This document shows positions 44,652 through 53,765 of a stretch of 64,000 nt of DNA, in pieces. Source of the DNA: an uncultured Pelagibacteraceae bacterium (GTDB lineage: Bacteria > Pseudomonadota > Alphaproteobacteria > Pelagibacterales > Pelagibacteraceae); the NCBI GenBank assembly GCA_902577125.1, contig CACGXX010000002.1:314-64313 (forward strand), given 5' to 3'. Position 1 is the stretch's first letter. The number at the start of each line of letters is the position of its first letter. The translations under genes were made by a program, and so were the position numbers. The notes under the pieces were generated by a model. That model ran no database searches. It had not been told where the DNA came from and saw only the letters and a list, made by a program, of their open reading frames with translations.

Positions 44652-45824
44652 TTAACAAAGATAGTCGAGTGCTTTAAGTATTCCACCTTTTTTATAGGGA
44701 ATTTTGGATTTCATTAATCCCATTTCAACACCAGCTAAAGTTCCAGCTAACATCAATTCGTTAAAATCTCCTAAATGTCCGATTCTAAAAATTTTACCTG
44801 CAACTTTTGCTAAACCTGTTCCTAAAGACATGTTGTAATGATCTAAAATTATTTTTCTTAATGAGTCCGCATCATGTCCATCTGGGACCATTACTGCTGT
44901 TAGTGAATCTGAATATTCATCTGGATTTTTACAAAGTATTTCTAAACCCCAGGCTTTTACAGCAACTCTAGTAGCTTCTGCAAATCTTTTATGTCTAGTA
45001 AATACATTTTCTAAACCTTCTTCAGTCAACATGTTAATTGCTTCATCTAATCCATACAATAAATTTGTTGCTGGTGTATATGGAAAATAACCTTTTTTAT
45101 TATTTTCTAGCATTGGTTTCCAATCCCAATATGATTTTGGTAAATCAGAAACTTCATAAGCTTTTAACGCTTTTGAACTTATTGCATTAAAGGAAAGTCC
45201 CGGAGGTAATAATAATCCTTTTTGAGATCCACCAACTGTAACATCAACTTTCCATTCTTCGTGTCTATAATCTATAGATCCCAATGAGGAAATTGTATCA
45301 ACAAATAGTAATGCAGGATGTTCTGCATTATCCATCGCTTTTCTTATTTTTCCAATTCTACTTGTAACTCCTGTAGATGTTTCGTTATGAACTGCACAGA
45401 CTGCTTTAATTTTTTTCTCTTTATCTTCTTTTAATTTTTGTTCAACAATATTTGGGTCAACACCTGTTCTCCAGTCACCTTTAACAAAGTCGATTTCTAA
45501 TTTAAATTTTTCTGCAATATCATACCAAAGTGTCGAAAAGTGTCCTGTTTCAAACATTAAAATTTTATCACCTGCACTTAAAGTATTTACAATTGCAGCT
45601 TCCCAAGCACCTGTGCCTGAAGCAGGAAATATTATTACAGGCTCTGAAGTTTTAAAAATTAACTTTATTCTATCTAAAACTCTTAAACCAAGTTCTGCAA
45701 AATCTGGACCTCTATGGTCTATTGTTGGATAATCCATTGCTCTTAAAACTCTGTCAGGAACGTTGGTTGGACCTGGTATTTGTAAAAAATGTCGACCTGG
45801 TCTTATATTGTTTGAAATTGCCAT
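44652..45824 (-). CDS. Class V PLP aminotransferase, serine/alanine--glyoxylate aminotransferase family
   Basis: GRHFLQIPGPTNVP, SGTGAWE, VHNETSTG, VDTISS, GSQKG (PLP Lys), PYTP, FRIGHLG. Confidence 0.88.
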   Translation of the reverse strand: MAISNNIRPGRHFLQIPGPTNVPDRVLRAMDYPTIDHRGPDFAELGLRVLDRIKLIFKTSEPVIIFPASGTGAWEAAIVNTLSAGDKILMFETGHFSTLWYDIAEKFKLEIDFVKGDWRTGVDPNIVEQKLKEDKEKKIKAVCAVHNETSTGVTSRIGKIRKAMDNAEHPALLFVDTISSLGSIDYRHEEWKVDVTVGGSQKGLLLPPGLSFNAISSKALKAYEVSDLPKSYWDWKPMLENNKKGYFPYTPATNLLYGLDEAINMLTEEGLENVFTRHKRFAEATRVAVKAWGLEILCKNPDEYSDSLTAVMVPDGHDADSLRKIILDHYNMSLGTGLAKVAGKIFRIGHLGDFNELMLAGTLAGVEMGLMKSKIPYKKGGILKALDYLC

Positions 45825-45869
45825 TCTGCTGTATATGCTAAAGAAATTATATAATCAAACTTATAATAT

Positions 45870-47024
45870 ATGACAAATGGTAGTAATTCAATCGAGACTA
45901 TAGAAGTTTATGTTTTAAATAACCCTGATGAAGTTAATCCTCACTGGGTAAGCCATTTTATTGTTCCAACAGCAAATGAATTATTGATTAAGATTAAAAC
46001 TAAAGATGGTAATTCTGGTTTTGGTCTTGCAACAAGTTACACAGATATCAAACCAATTATCAAACCTTTCTCTAATGGTTTACAGGATTTAATAGTTGGG
46101 GAAGATCCTTTTTGTCCAGAAAAATTGTATGAAAAAATTTTTAGACTAACAGATACACGACAAAGCAATGAAAAAGACTGGAGCAGAGAAGCTTTGATTA
46201 GAATTTCTGCTGCTTTAGATATTGCATGCTGGGATTTGATAGGTAAAGCCTCAAAAATTCCACTATATAAGTTGTTTGGAGGTTACAGAAATAAAATTCC
46301 TGTATATGTAACATGTGCTTATTACAGAGATGGTAAAAATGAAAAAGAACTTAGAAATGAATTACAAAAATTAATTAAAATTGGTCATCAAAGCTTTAAA
46401 GTTAAAGTAGGTGGATTAAGCATAAAAGAAGATGCCAAAAGATTAGAAATAATTCGACAAGAAATTGGTGACGATAAAGATCTAATGATTGATGTTAATA
46501 GAGCATGGGACCTAAAAACGGCTATTGAGGGAGTAAAAGAATTTGAGAGATTTAATCCAACTTGGATAGAAGAGCCTGTGAGATGGGAAGATGATAGAAG
46601 AAATTTAAAACTTTTATCACAACAAACAAAAATTCCTTTATCAGGTGGAGAAAGTGAAATTACGATTTATGGATGTAGATCCATGGTGGAAGAGAATGCA
46701 ATTCAAATTTTACAATTTGATTGTACAATGTTTGGTGGTTTTACAAATGGTAAAAAACTATCTGCTTTATGTGAATTAAATCATTTGGATATAGCACCAC
46801 ATCATGATTGTTATATCCATGCTCCTTTAGTCGCGTCGTCACCATCAGGAAGAATAGTCGAGTCATTTGATGATGAAAGAGATCCTCTACAAGCTGAATT
46901 ATTTGAAAATTCCCATAAAATGAGTAATGGTTGGATACATCTAAATGAAAATCCAGGTTTAGGATTAGAAATTTCAGAAACCGCGTTAAAAAAGTTCGGT
47001 AAACTAGTTTACAAAAATAAATAA
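45870..47024 (+). CDS. Enolase-superfamily enzyme, mandelate racemase subgroup (acid dehydratase/racemase)
   Basis: DIACWDLIGK, KVK (KxK), IDVN, WIEEP, GGE metal ligands, APHH, PGLG. Confidence 0.88.
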   Translation: MTNGSNSIETIEVYVLNNPDEVNPHWVSHFIVPTANELLIKIKTKDGNSGFGLATSYTDIKPIIKPFSNGLQDLIVGEDPFCPEKLYEKIFRLTDTRQSNEKDWSREALIRISAALDIACWDLIGKASKIPLYKLFGGYRNKIPVYVTCAYYRDGKNEKELRNELQKLIKIGHQSFKVKVGGLSIKEDAKRLEIIRQEIGDDKDLMIDVNRAWDLKTAIEGVKEFERFNPTWIEEPVRWEDDRRNLKLLSQQTKIPLSGGESEITIYGCRSMVEENAIQILQFDCTMFGGFTNGKKLSALCELNHLDIAPHHDCYIHAPLVASSPSGRIVESFDDERDPLQAELFENSHKMSNGWIHLNENPGLGLEISETALKKFGKLVYKNK

Positions 47025-47041
47025 ACCTTTAATTAACTTTC

Positions 47042-49945
47042 ATGCGGTTTAGTTCAGATCAAATACAAAAAATAGGAAAAGAAATAAGTAGTAAAGTTGA
47101 TGGGAAAACTTTATTTGATGAGTTTTCTCGAGGTCGATACAGCACTGATGCATCAGTTTATCAAATTAAGCCTTTAGGTGTAGTTCTACCAAAGGATACA
47201 AATGATGTTTTAAAATTAATGGAATACTCTCAAAAGAATTCTATTCCTCTACTTGCTAGAGGTGGTGGAAGTTCTCAATGTGGTCAAACTGTAGGTGAAA
47301 GTGTAGTTCTTGATTACTCAAAACACCAAAATAAAATATTAGAGCTTAACGTAGAGGAAAAATATGTATGGGTTCAGCCTGGTGTTGTATTAGATCATTT
47401 GAATTCATTTTTAAGGCCATATGGTTTATGGTTTCCTGTAGATGTGTCTACAAGTAGTAGAGCAACTATTGGAGGGATGTCGGCAAATAATTCATGTGGA
47501 TCAAGATCTTTATATTACGGAAATATGGTTCACAACGTACTAGCTATTGAAGCAATTTTAGATGATGGTTCGTTACATACTTTCGATCAAATTAATAAAA
47601 ACTATCTAACAACGACTAATAATCAAGATCGTTTTTATAAAATAATTGATAAATTTTTAAATTTAAGACAAAAAATTAGTAAGGATATTGATGAAAATTG
47701 GCCAACCACTCAACGAAGAGTTGGTGGTTATAATATCGATTTGATTGATCCAAATGGATTCAATTCATCAAATTTATTAGTTGGTTCTGAAGGAACATTA
47801 TCCCTTTTTAATAAGATAAAATTAAAATTATCTGAAATTCCTAAAAATAAGATTTTAGGTGTTTGTTACTTTGATAACTTTCATCAAGCCATGGAATTAA
47901 CAAAAGAAATTGTAAAATTAAAACCAACTTGCGTTGAATTAATGGATCAGAATTTATTAAATCTAGCAAAAGAGATACCAATGTATGCAGGTGGTATTAA
48001 GAAATATATAAAAGGTAATCCAGAAGCTGTTTTAATGGTTGAATTTATAGATACGGACCAAAATGTTTATGAAAAAAAAGTAAAAGACCTTGAATATTTA
48101 GTTCTTAATCAAAATAAGAAAAATCAATTTTCTTTTTTTACAGACTTATCAGAACAAAAAGAAGTTTTTGAGATTAGAAAAGCTGGATTAAATATATTGA
48201 TGTCGATGAAGGGAGATAAAAAGCCAGTTGCATTTATAGAGGATTGTGCAGTTTCTTTAGATCACTTGGCAGAATACACAGCAAGATTGAATGAAATATT
48301 TAAAAAATATAATACAAGTGGAATGTTTTATGCTCATGCTTCGGTTGGAACCCTTCACGTAAGACCAGTTTTGAACATGAAATCTGACCAAGATATTAAA
48401 AACATGAGATCTATATCTGAGGAAGCTTTTAAAATGGTTAAGAATTATAAAGGTTCTCATTCTGGTGAGCATGGAGATGGAATAGTTAGATCAGAATTCC
48501 ACGAAATGATGTTTGGAAAAAATATCACAAATGTATTCGAAGAAATTAAAGATACATTCGATAATAAAAATTTATTAAATCCAGGTAAAATTGTAAGACC
48601 TTTTAAATCAAATGATAGATCGTTGATGAGATATAAATCAGATTATCAAACAGAAAATATAAGTACTCATTATGATTGGTCTAATTGGGGTCAATTTTCA
48701 GATGCAATTGAAATGTGTAATAACAACGGCGCATGCAGAAAATTAGATTCAGGAGTTATGTGTCCTTCATACAGGGTAACGAAAGAAGAGAAAGATTTAG
48801 TTAGAGGAAGAGCAAATACATTAAGACTCGCACTTTCTAATCAATTACCAGAGGGGTCTTTTGCATCTAAAGAAATGTATGAAACAATGGAACTTTGTGT
48901 GAGCTGTAAAGCTTGTCAAAGAGAATGTCCAATGTCTGTAGATATGGCAAAGATGAAAAGCGAATTTCTCTCACACTATTACAAAAAATTTAGTATGAGA
49001 ATTAAAGATAAAATTATCTCTGATATGCCTAGGCTGATTTGGCTATATAAAATCATAAATCCAATACTTAATAAGATTAAAAATTTTCCAGTTATTTCAA
49101 ACATTATTGAAAAATTTGGTTTTGCAACTGAAAGAAGTCTGCCTGAAGTCCAAAATCAGAAGGCTTTAAAAGACATTTATAACAATCAAGAAATTTCAGA
49201 AAATAAAGTAATTTTATTTGCAGACACATTCAATATCAATTTTGAAAATGAAAATTTGGTCTATACGATTAAGGTATTAAATAAATTTGGTTATCAAGCA
49301 GTAATCCCAAGTTTTGGTTATGATAAACTTGATAGACCACTCTGTTGTGGAAGAACTTATATATCATATGGTCAACTAGAAAAAGCTGCTGAGGAATTGA
49401 ATAGATTTAATGACTATATTATAAAAAATAACTACTTTGAATTACCAATAGTAGGTATTGAACCTTCCTGTTTGCTTACTTTTAATGACGAATATCAATC
49501 CCTTAAAGGCATAAAAAATAGAGATAAAATAAAAAACAGATTTTATTTATTAGAGGAGTTTATTTTAGAACAAATTAAAAAAGATAAGAATGTTAAATCG
49601 AATAGTTTTAGTCAAAATGTTTTAATTCATGGACATTGTCATCAAAAGTCTCAAGATAGAATGAAAGGACTTAAAGATCTTTTATCAGAGCTAAATATAA
49701 ATAATAAGATGATAGATTCTAGCTGTTGCGGGATGGCAGGTTCTTTTGGCTATGATAGTAAAACTTATGAAACTTCAAAAAAAATGGCCCATCTATCTTT
49801 AATACCTGCAATTAATAGTAGTGACGAAAATGATTTTATAGTTGCAAATGGTACAAGCTGTAGACACCAAATATCTGATTTATCAGAAAAAAAAGGAAAG
49901 CACGTTTCTGAATTACTATTTAAGATTTTCGAAACTGTAAATTAA
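47042..49945 (+). CDS. Fused FAD-binding / Fe-S / CCG-domain 2-hydroxyacid dehydrogenase (GlcD-GlcF / YdiJ-like)
   Basis: RGGGSSQCGQ, GSEGTL, HASVGTLHVRP, SGEHGDG, NPGKI, CVSCKACQRECP, CCGRT, HGHCHQK, CCGMAGSFG. Confidence 0.88.
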   Translation: MRFSSDQIQKIGKEISSKVDGKTLFDEFSRGRYSTDASVYQIKPLGVVLPKDTNDVLKLMEYSQKNSIPLLARGGGSSQCGQTVGESVVLDYSKHQNKILELNVEEKYVWVQPGVVLDHLNSFLRPYGLWFPVDVSTSSRATIGGMSANNSCGSRSLYYGNMVHNVLAIEAILDDGSLHTFDQINKNYLTTTNNQDRFYKIIDKFLNLRQKISKDIDENWPTTQRRVGGYNIDLIDPNGFNSSNLLVGSEGTLSLFNKIKLKLSEIPKNKILGVCYFDNFHQAMELTKEIVKLKPTCVELMDQNLLNLAKEIPMYAGGIKKYIKGNPEAVLMVEFIDTDQNVYEKKVKDLEYLVLNQNKKNQFSFFTDLSEQKEVFEIRKAGLNILMSMKGDKKPVAFIEDCAVSLDHLAEYTARLNEIFKKYNTSGMFYAHASVGTLHVRPVLNMKSDQDIKNMRSISEEAFKMVKNYKGSHSGEHGDGIVRSEFHEMMFGKNITNVFEEIKDTFDNKNLLNPGKIVRPFKSNDRSLMRYKSDYQTENISTHYDWSNWGQFSDAIEMCNNNGACRKLDSGVMCPSYRVTKEEKDLVRGRANTLRLALSNQLPEGSFASKEMYETMELCVSCKACQRECPMSVDMAKMKSEFLSHYYKKFSMRIKDKIISDMPRLIWLYKIINPILNKIKNFPVISNIIEKFGFATERSLPEVQNQKALKDIYNNQEISENKVILFADTFNINFENENLVYTIKVLNKFGYQAVIPSFGYDKLDRPLCCGRTYISYGQLEKAAEELNRFNDYIIKNNYFELPIVGIEPSCLLTFNDEYQSLKGIKNRDKIKNRFYLLEEFILEQIKKDKNVKSNSFSQNVLIHGHCHQKSQDRMKGLKDLLSELNINNKMIDSSCCGMAGSFGYDSKTYETSKKMAHLSLIPAINSSDENDFIVANGTSCRHQISDLSEKKGKHVSELLFKIFETVN

Positions 49946-51132
49946 AGAATTATTTTTTTGTTATAAAAATCATCTATCTCTTCATCTTTATAACCAAAAT
50001 TTTGCATTATTTCTCTTGTATGTTCACCTAAATCTGGTGCACCTTTGGATTTTTCGGTTTTGCTTTTTGAAAATTTGATTGGCATTCCAACAGCTTTGCT
50101 TGGACCAGCTTTTTTATTATTTACCTCAATAATCATCTCTCTCTCAATAGTTTGAGGGTCTTTAAACATGTCGGTTATCGAATTTATGGGACCACATGGT
50201 AAACCATTTTCATCAAATATTTTTAACCATTCTTTAGAAGGTTTTTTGATAAATTCATTATTAAGTATTTCTACAAGTTCATTTAAATTTTCTTTTCTAC
50301 TTGAATTAGTTGAAAATTTTTCATCCTCATTAAGATCTTGACGATTGATTGCCTTTAATAACATAAGCCATGTATTCTGATTTGATGCACCAATAGTAAT
50401 CCATTTATCTTTTGTTTTAAAAGCTTGATAAGGTGCAGTTAAAGGATGAGCTGATCCAAGAGGGCCAGGAGATACACCGGTTGCACCAGCAATTGCTGAT
50501 TGCCAGTAGGTATGAACTATTCCTGCCTCATACAAAGATGTATCAACTTTTTGACCTTCACCAGTTTTATCTCTATGAATTAAAGCTGCTAAAATACCGC
50601 TTGCAGCAAGTAATCCTGCAGTGATGTCTGTAAGTGGCGCTCCTACTTTCATTGGTGGTTTATTTTTATCTTCACCAGTTATGCTCATTAAACCACTCAT
50701 GCCTTGCGCTACTAAATCAAATCCTCCTTTATTTGCATAGGGACCTGTTCTACCATATCCTGAAATTTCACATAAAATAATTTTAGGATTAATTTTTGAC
50801 ATCGTATCATAACCAATACCCAGTTTTTCTAACGTTCCTTTTCTAAAATTTTCTAAAACTACATCAGAATTTTTTACCATTGTCTTAAAAATTTCAATTC
50901 CCTTTTTGTCTTTCAAATTTAAAGCAATACCTTTTTTATTTCTATTCATCATTAAATAAGCTGCTGATATTCCATTGACGTCAGGGGGAAGGAAATTTCT
51001 AGTATCATCACCTCCTGGAGTTTTTTCTATTTTAATAACTTCAGCCCCTAGATCTGCCAATAGTAATCCACACGTAGGACCAGCCATTATTTGAGCCATC
51101 TCTAACACTCGAATACCTTTTAATGATGCCAT
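49942..51132 (-). CDS. Family III (CaiB/BaiF/Frc) CoA-transferase
   Basis: LKGIRVLE, AGP, LADLGAEVIKIE, NRNKK, ENFR, ISGYG, catalytic Asp in APLTD, APDLGEHT. Confidence 0.92.
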   Translation of the reverse strand: MASLKGIRVLEMAQIMAGPTCGLLLADLGAEVIKIEKTPGGDDTRNFLPPDVNGISAAYLMMNRNKKGIALNLKDKKGIEIFKTMVKNSDVVLENFRKGTLEKLGIGYDTMSKINPKIILCEISGYGRTGPYANKGGFDLVAQGMSGLMSITGEDKNKPPMKVGAPLTDITAGLLAASGILAALIHRDKTGEGQKVDTSLYEAGIVHTYWQSAIAGATGVSPGPLGSAHPLTAPYQAFKTKDKWITIGASNQNTWLMLLKAINRQDLNEDEKFSTNSSRKENLNELVEILNNEFIKKPSKEWLKIFDENGLPCGPINSITDMFKDPQTIEREMIIEVNNKKAGPSKAVGMPIKFSKSKTEKSKGAPDLGEHTREIMQNFGYKDEEIDDFYNKKIIL

Positions 51133-51138
51133 TTATTA

Positions 51139-51921
51139 TTATTTATTTTTAAATTTTGGCTTAGTTTTATTTAGGAAAGATTGATATCCAATTTTAAAAT
51201 CCTCAGTATCATAACATTTGTAACCAAGATTATTTATTTTTTCTGTTACTTTACCTTTCTTTAAAATATTTCTTGCAAACTCTTTGTGCCATCTAGCAAC
51301 TTTAGGAGCACCTTCACATATAAGTTCAGCTGATTTATATGTCTCTTTCTTTACGTCTTCATCGTTAACTACTCTGTTAACCAATCTTTTTTCTAAAGCC
51401 TCCTGAGAGTCAAATACTCTTCCCTCAAACAAAATTTCCATTGCAGTTGAATAGGTAGTTGCTTTTAAAAGAACCTCTAGTTCTTTTGCAGCCATTGTTA
51501 AACCAAGTCTTTTTATTGGTATACCGAACCTCGAACTTTTTCCGCAGATTCTAATGTCACAACAAGCAGCTATTTCCAAACCACCACCCACACAAATTCC
51601 CTCAATCATAGCTATTGTAGGTACTGGACAATTAAATATTGCTCCTAAGGTTCCATGTAAAAACTTTCCGTAAGATTTTGCTAATTTTGATGATGATCTT
51701 TCTTTTTTAAATTCCCCAATATCATTTCCAGGTGAAAAAGATTTTCCCCCTTCACCTCTTATGATGACGCATCTAAGATTTTTTTCTTTTGAAATTCTTT
51801 TAAAAATTTTACCAAGTTCTATCCACATTGGTTTAGTCATTGCATTTAATTTTTCTGGTCTATTAATAACCACTTCAGACAAATGACTATTTATTTTATT
51901 TAGCTTAACTAAACTGCTCAT
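51139..51921 (-). CDS. Crotonase-fold (enoyl-CoA hydratase/isomerase family) protein with atypical active site
   Basis: NRPEKLNA, FSPGND, CVGGGLEIA..CD.R; FGIPI where FGxPE is expected. Confidence 0.85.
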   Translation of the reverse strand: MSSLVKLNKINSHLSEVVINRPEKLNAMTKPMWIELGKIFKRISKEKNLRCVIIRGEGGKSFSPGNDIGEFKKERSSSKLAKSYGKFLHGTLGAIFNCPVPTIAMIEGICVGGGLEIAACCDIRICGKSSRFGIPIKRLGLTMAAKELEVLLKATTYSTAMEILFEGRVFDSQEALEKRLVNRVVNDEDVKKETYKSAELICEGAPKVARWHKEFARNILKKGKVTEKINNLGYKCYDTEDFKIGYQSFLNKTKPKFKNK

Positions 51922-53205
51922 CTAACTCCTATAAAAATACTCTACTAATGTCATTGGTATTGCTGGTACATACGTTACTAAAAGTAATAAAACTAACAAC
52001 ACACATATAAATGATATATTTGATCTTGTTACATCCCAGATATCTGCTTTTGCAACTGAACAGGCTGTTACTAAAACACTTGCTACAGGAGGTGTTTGCT
52101 GTCCTATGGCTAGGTTTAAAGTTACAATTATTCCAAAATGAACAGGATCAATACCGACTGCATTAACCAATGGCATAACTATTGGAACGGTTAAAATTAT
52201 TGCTGCAACTGAGTGTAAAAAGAAACCTATAATTAATAAAAATATATTTAAAATTCCTAAAACTGCATATTTATTATTAGTAAATTCAATAATTGACTCA
52301 GCAACCTTTTGAGGAATTTGTTCAATGGTTAAAAACTCTCCTAATAAAACAGATGCTGCAACTAATAACATTACTGATGCAGTCTGTATCGCTCCCTCAC
52401 AAGCTGACTCATATAGTCTTTTAAAGTCTATCTCTTTATAAATAAAACCAATCACCAAAGATGCTACAACTGCTAAACCAGCTCCCTCTGTAGCTGTTAC
52501 AACGCCTCCAAAAATCCCTCCTAAAATAATTACTGGTAGTAAAAAGGCTAAAGCTGCATCTTTTGCTGTTTTTTTAACGTTTGGTATATTGAATGTCTCC
52601 TCAACAGGAAAATTTTTCTTTCTTGCTGTAACATAAGCTGCCAACATAAGAAAAAATCCACCTATTACTCCAGGAATAATTCCAGCAACAAATAATTGTA
52701 CAACTGAACTTTGAGACATAACTGCATAAACAATCATTGGTATTGATGGTGGAATAATAATTGCTAAAGATGCTGAAGATGAAGTCACCGCAGCAGCAAA
52801 TGCGCCTGGGTATCCTTTCTTTTTCATTGCAGGAATTAAAATAGAACCTAGTGCAGCGACATCAGCAACTGCCGATCCAGAAATTTCAGCAAAAAACATT
52901 GAGGTTGCAATGTTAATCATACTCAACCCACCTTTAATAAATCCAACTAGAGCAGAGGCAAAAGCTATTAGTCTTCTTGAAATACCAGCACTATTCATAA
53001 TTGAACCAGCTAAAATAAATAGTGGAATTGCAATCAATGGAAACTTCATTGATCCATCAAACATTACGATCGCAGTATCAATTAGAAAACTTGTGCCAGT
53101 TTTCATAACCATTGCAATAATAGTTGTTACTGCAAGGCCAATCGCAATAGGCACATTTATAGACAACAAAAGTAACAAGACCATAAACATTGTTAGAATT
53201 ACCAT
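51922..53205 (-). CDS. dctM: TRAP transporter large permease
   Basis: AIPLFILAG, SGSAVAD, IIPPSIPM, TATEGA, GIDPVHFG, TPPV. Confidence 0.93.
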   Translation of the reverse strand: MVILTMFMVLLLLLSINVPIAIGLAVTTIIAMVMKTGTSFLIDTAIVMFDGSMKFPLIAIPLFILAGSIMNSAGISRRLIAFASALVGFIKGGLSMINIATSMFFAEISGSAVADVAALGSILIPAMKKKGYPGAFAAAVTSSSASLAIIIPPSIPMIVYAVMSQSSVVQLFVAGIIPGVIGGFFLMLAAYVTARKKNFPVEETFNIPNVKKTAKDAALAFLLPVIILGGIFGGVVTATEGAGLAVVASLVIGFIYKEIDFKRLYESACEGAIQTASVMLLVAASVLLGEFLTIEQIPQKVAESIIEFTNNKYAVLGILNIFLLIIGFFLHSVAAIILTVPIVMPLVNAVGIDPVHFGIIVTLNLAIGQQTPPVASVLVTACSVAKADIWDVTRSNISFICVLLVLLLLVTYVPAIPMTLVEYFYRS

Positions 53206-53714
53206 TAAATATCTCCTGTTTGCTCGTCGCCCGTATTTTGTAAAACTAAATTTTTATAATCTTCTGGAATTCTTAAAGTCTCAGATAGAATAAAAAGACA
53301 TGATGCAATTGGAATTACTGATTGAACAAATGGTTGAGGAACCCATTCTAATGTCACCAACGTTTCACCTGTTATTAAGGTTAAAACTAAATAACCGTAA
53401 TATGCTAATAATATTAAAAAACCATAAACAACTAGCTTAGAAACAACAAAAAAAATTTTTCTTAATGGTAGTGGAAAAGCTTTAAAAATACTTGGTACAC
53501 TTATGTGAGAACCTTTTAATGCGGCATATGCAGAACCATAATATGTTATCCATGCAAGTTGGACAGCAGCAACTTCATCGTACCAAACTAATGCACTGCC
53601 AGCAAAACGAAAGGTAACTCCAAGTAAAACCGTTACTGCTAATGCTACCATCATTATAAACAGTATTAGTTTTAATATTTTTTCGTACGAATTAATAAAA
53701 TTTTGTAATTCCAT
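53205..53714 (-). CDS. dctQ: TRAP transporter small permease
   Basis: Four TM segments, R...W.DE and HI motifs; lies between dctP and dctM. Confidence 0.9.
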   Translation of the reverse strand: MELQNFINSYEKILKLILFIMMVALAVTVLLGVTFRFAGSALVWYDEVAAVQLAWITYYGSAYAALKGSHISVPSIFKAFPLPLRKIFFVVSKLVVYGFLILLAYYGYLVLTLITGETLVTLEWVPQPFVQSVIPIASCLFILSETLRIPEDYKNLVLQNTGDEQTGDI

Positions 53715-53721
53715 ATTATAT

Positions 53722-53746
53722 TCAGGCCCTCTGAATGAGGGCCTGA
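53722..53746 (-). other. GC-rich intercistronic hairpin between dctP and dctQ
   Basis: Perfect 10-bp inverted repeat TCAGGCCCTC-N5-GAGGGCCTGA, no U-tract, 7 nt from the dctQ ATG. Confidence 0.8.
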
Positions 53747-53765
53747 TAAGATAATCTAAGTTATA

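Noticed and set aside
44652-45824. Aminotransferase as BhcA of the beta-hydroxyaspartate cycle or SgaA of the serine cycle
   Set aside because: No bhcB/C/D or serine-cycle genes nearby, and its motifs suggest a different subfamily
45825-45869. ATTATATAAT palindrome and two TATAAT hexamers in the divergent island promoter
   Set aside because: Purely A/T and not distinguishable from background
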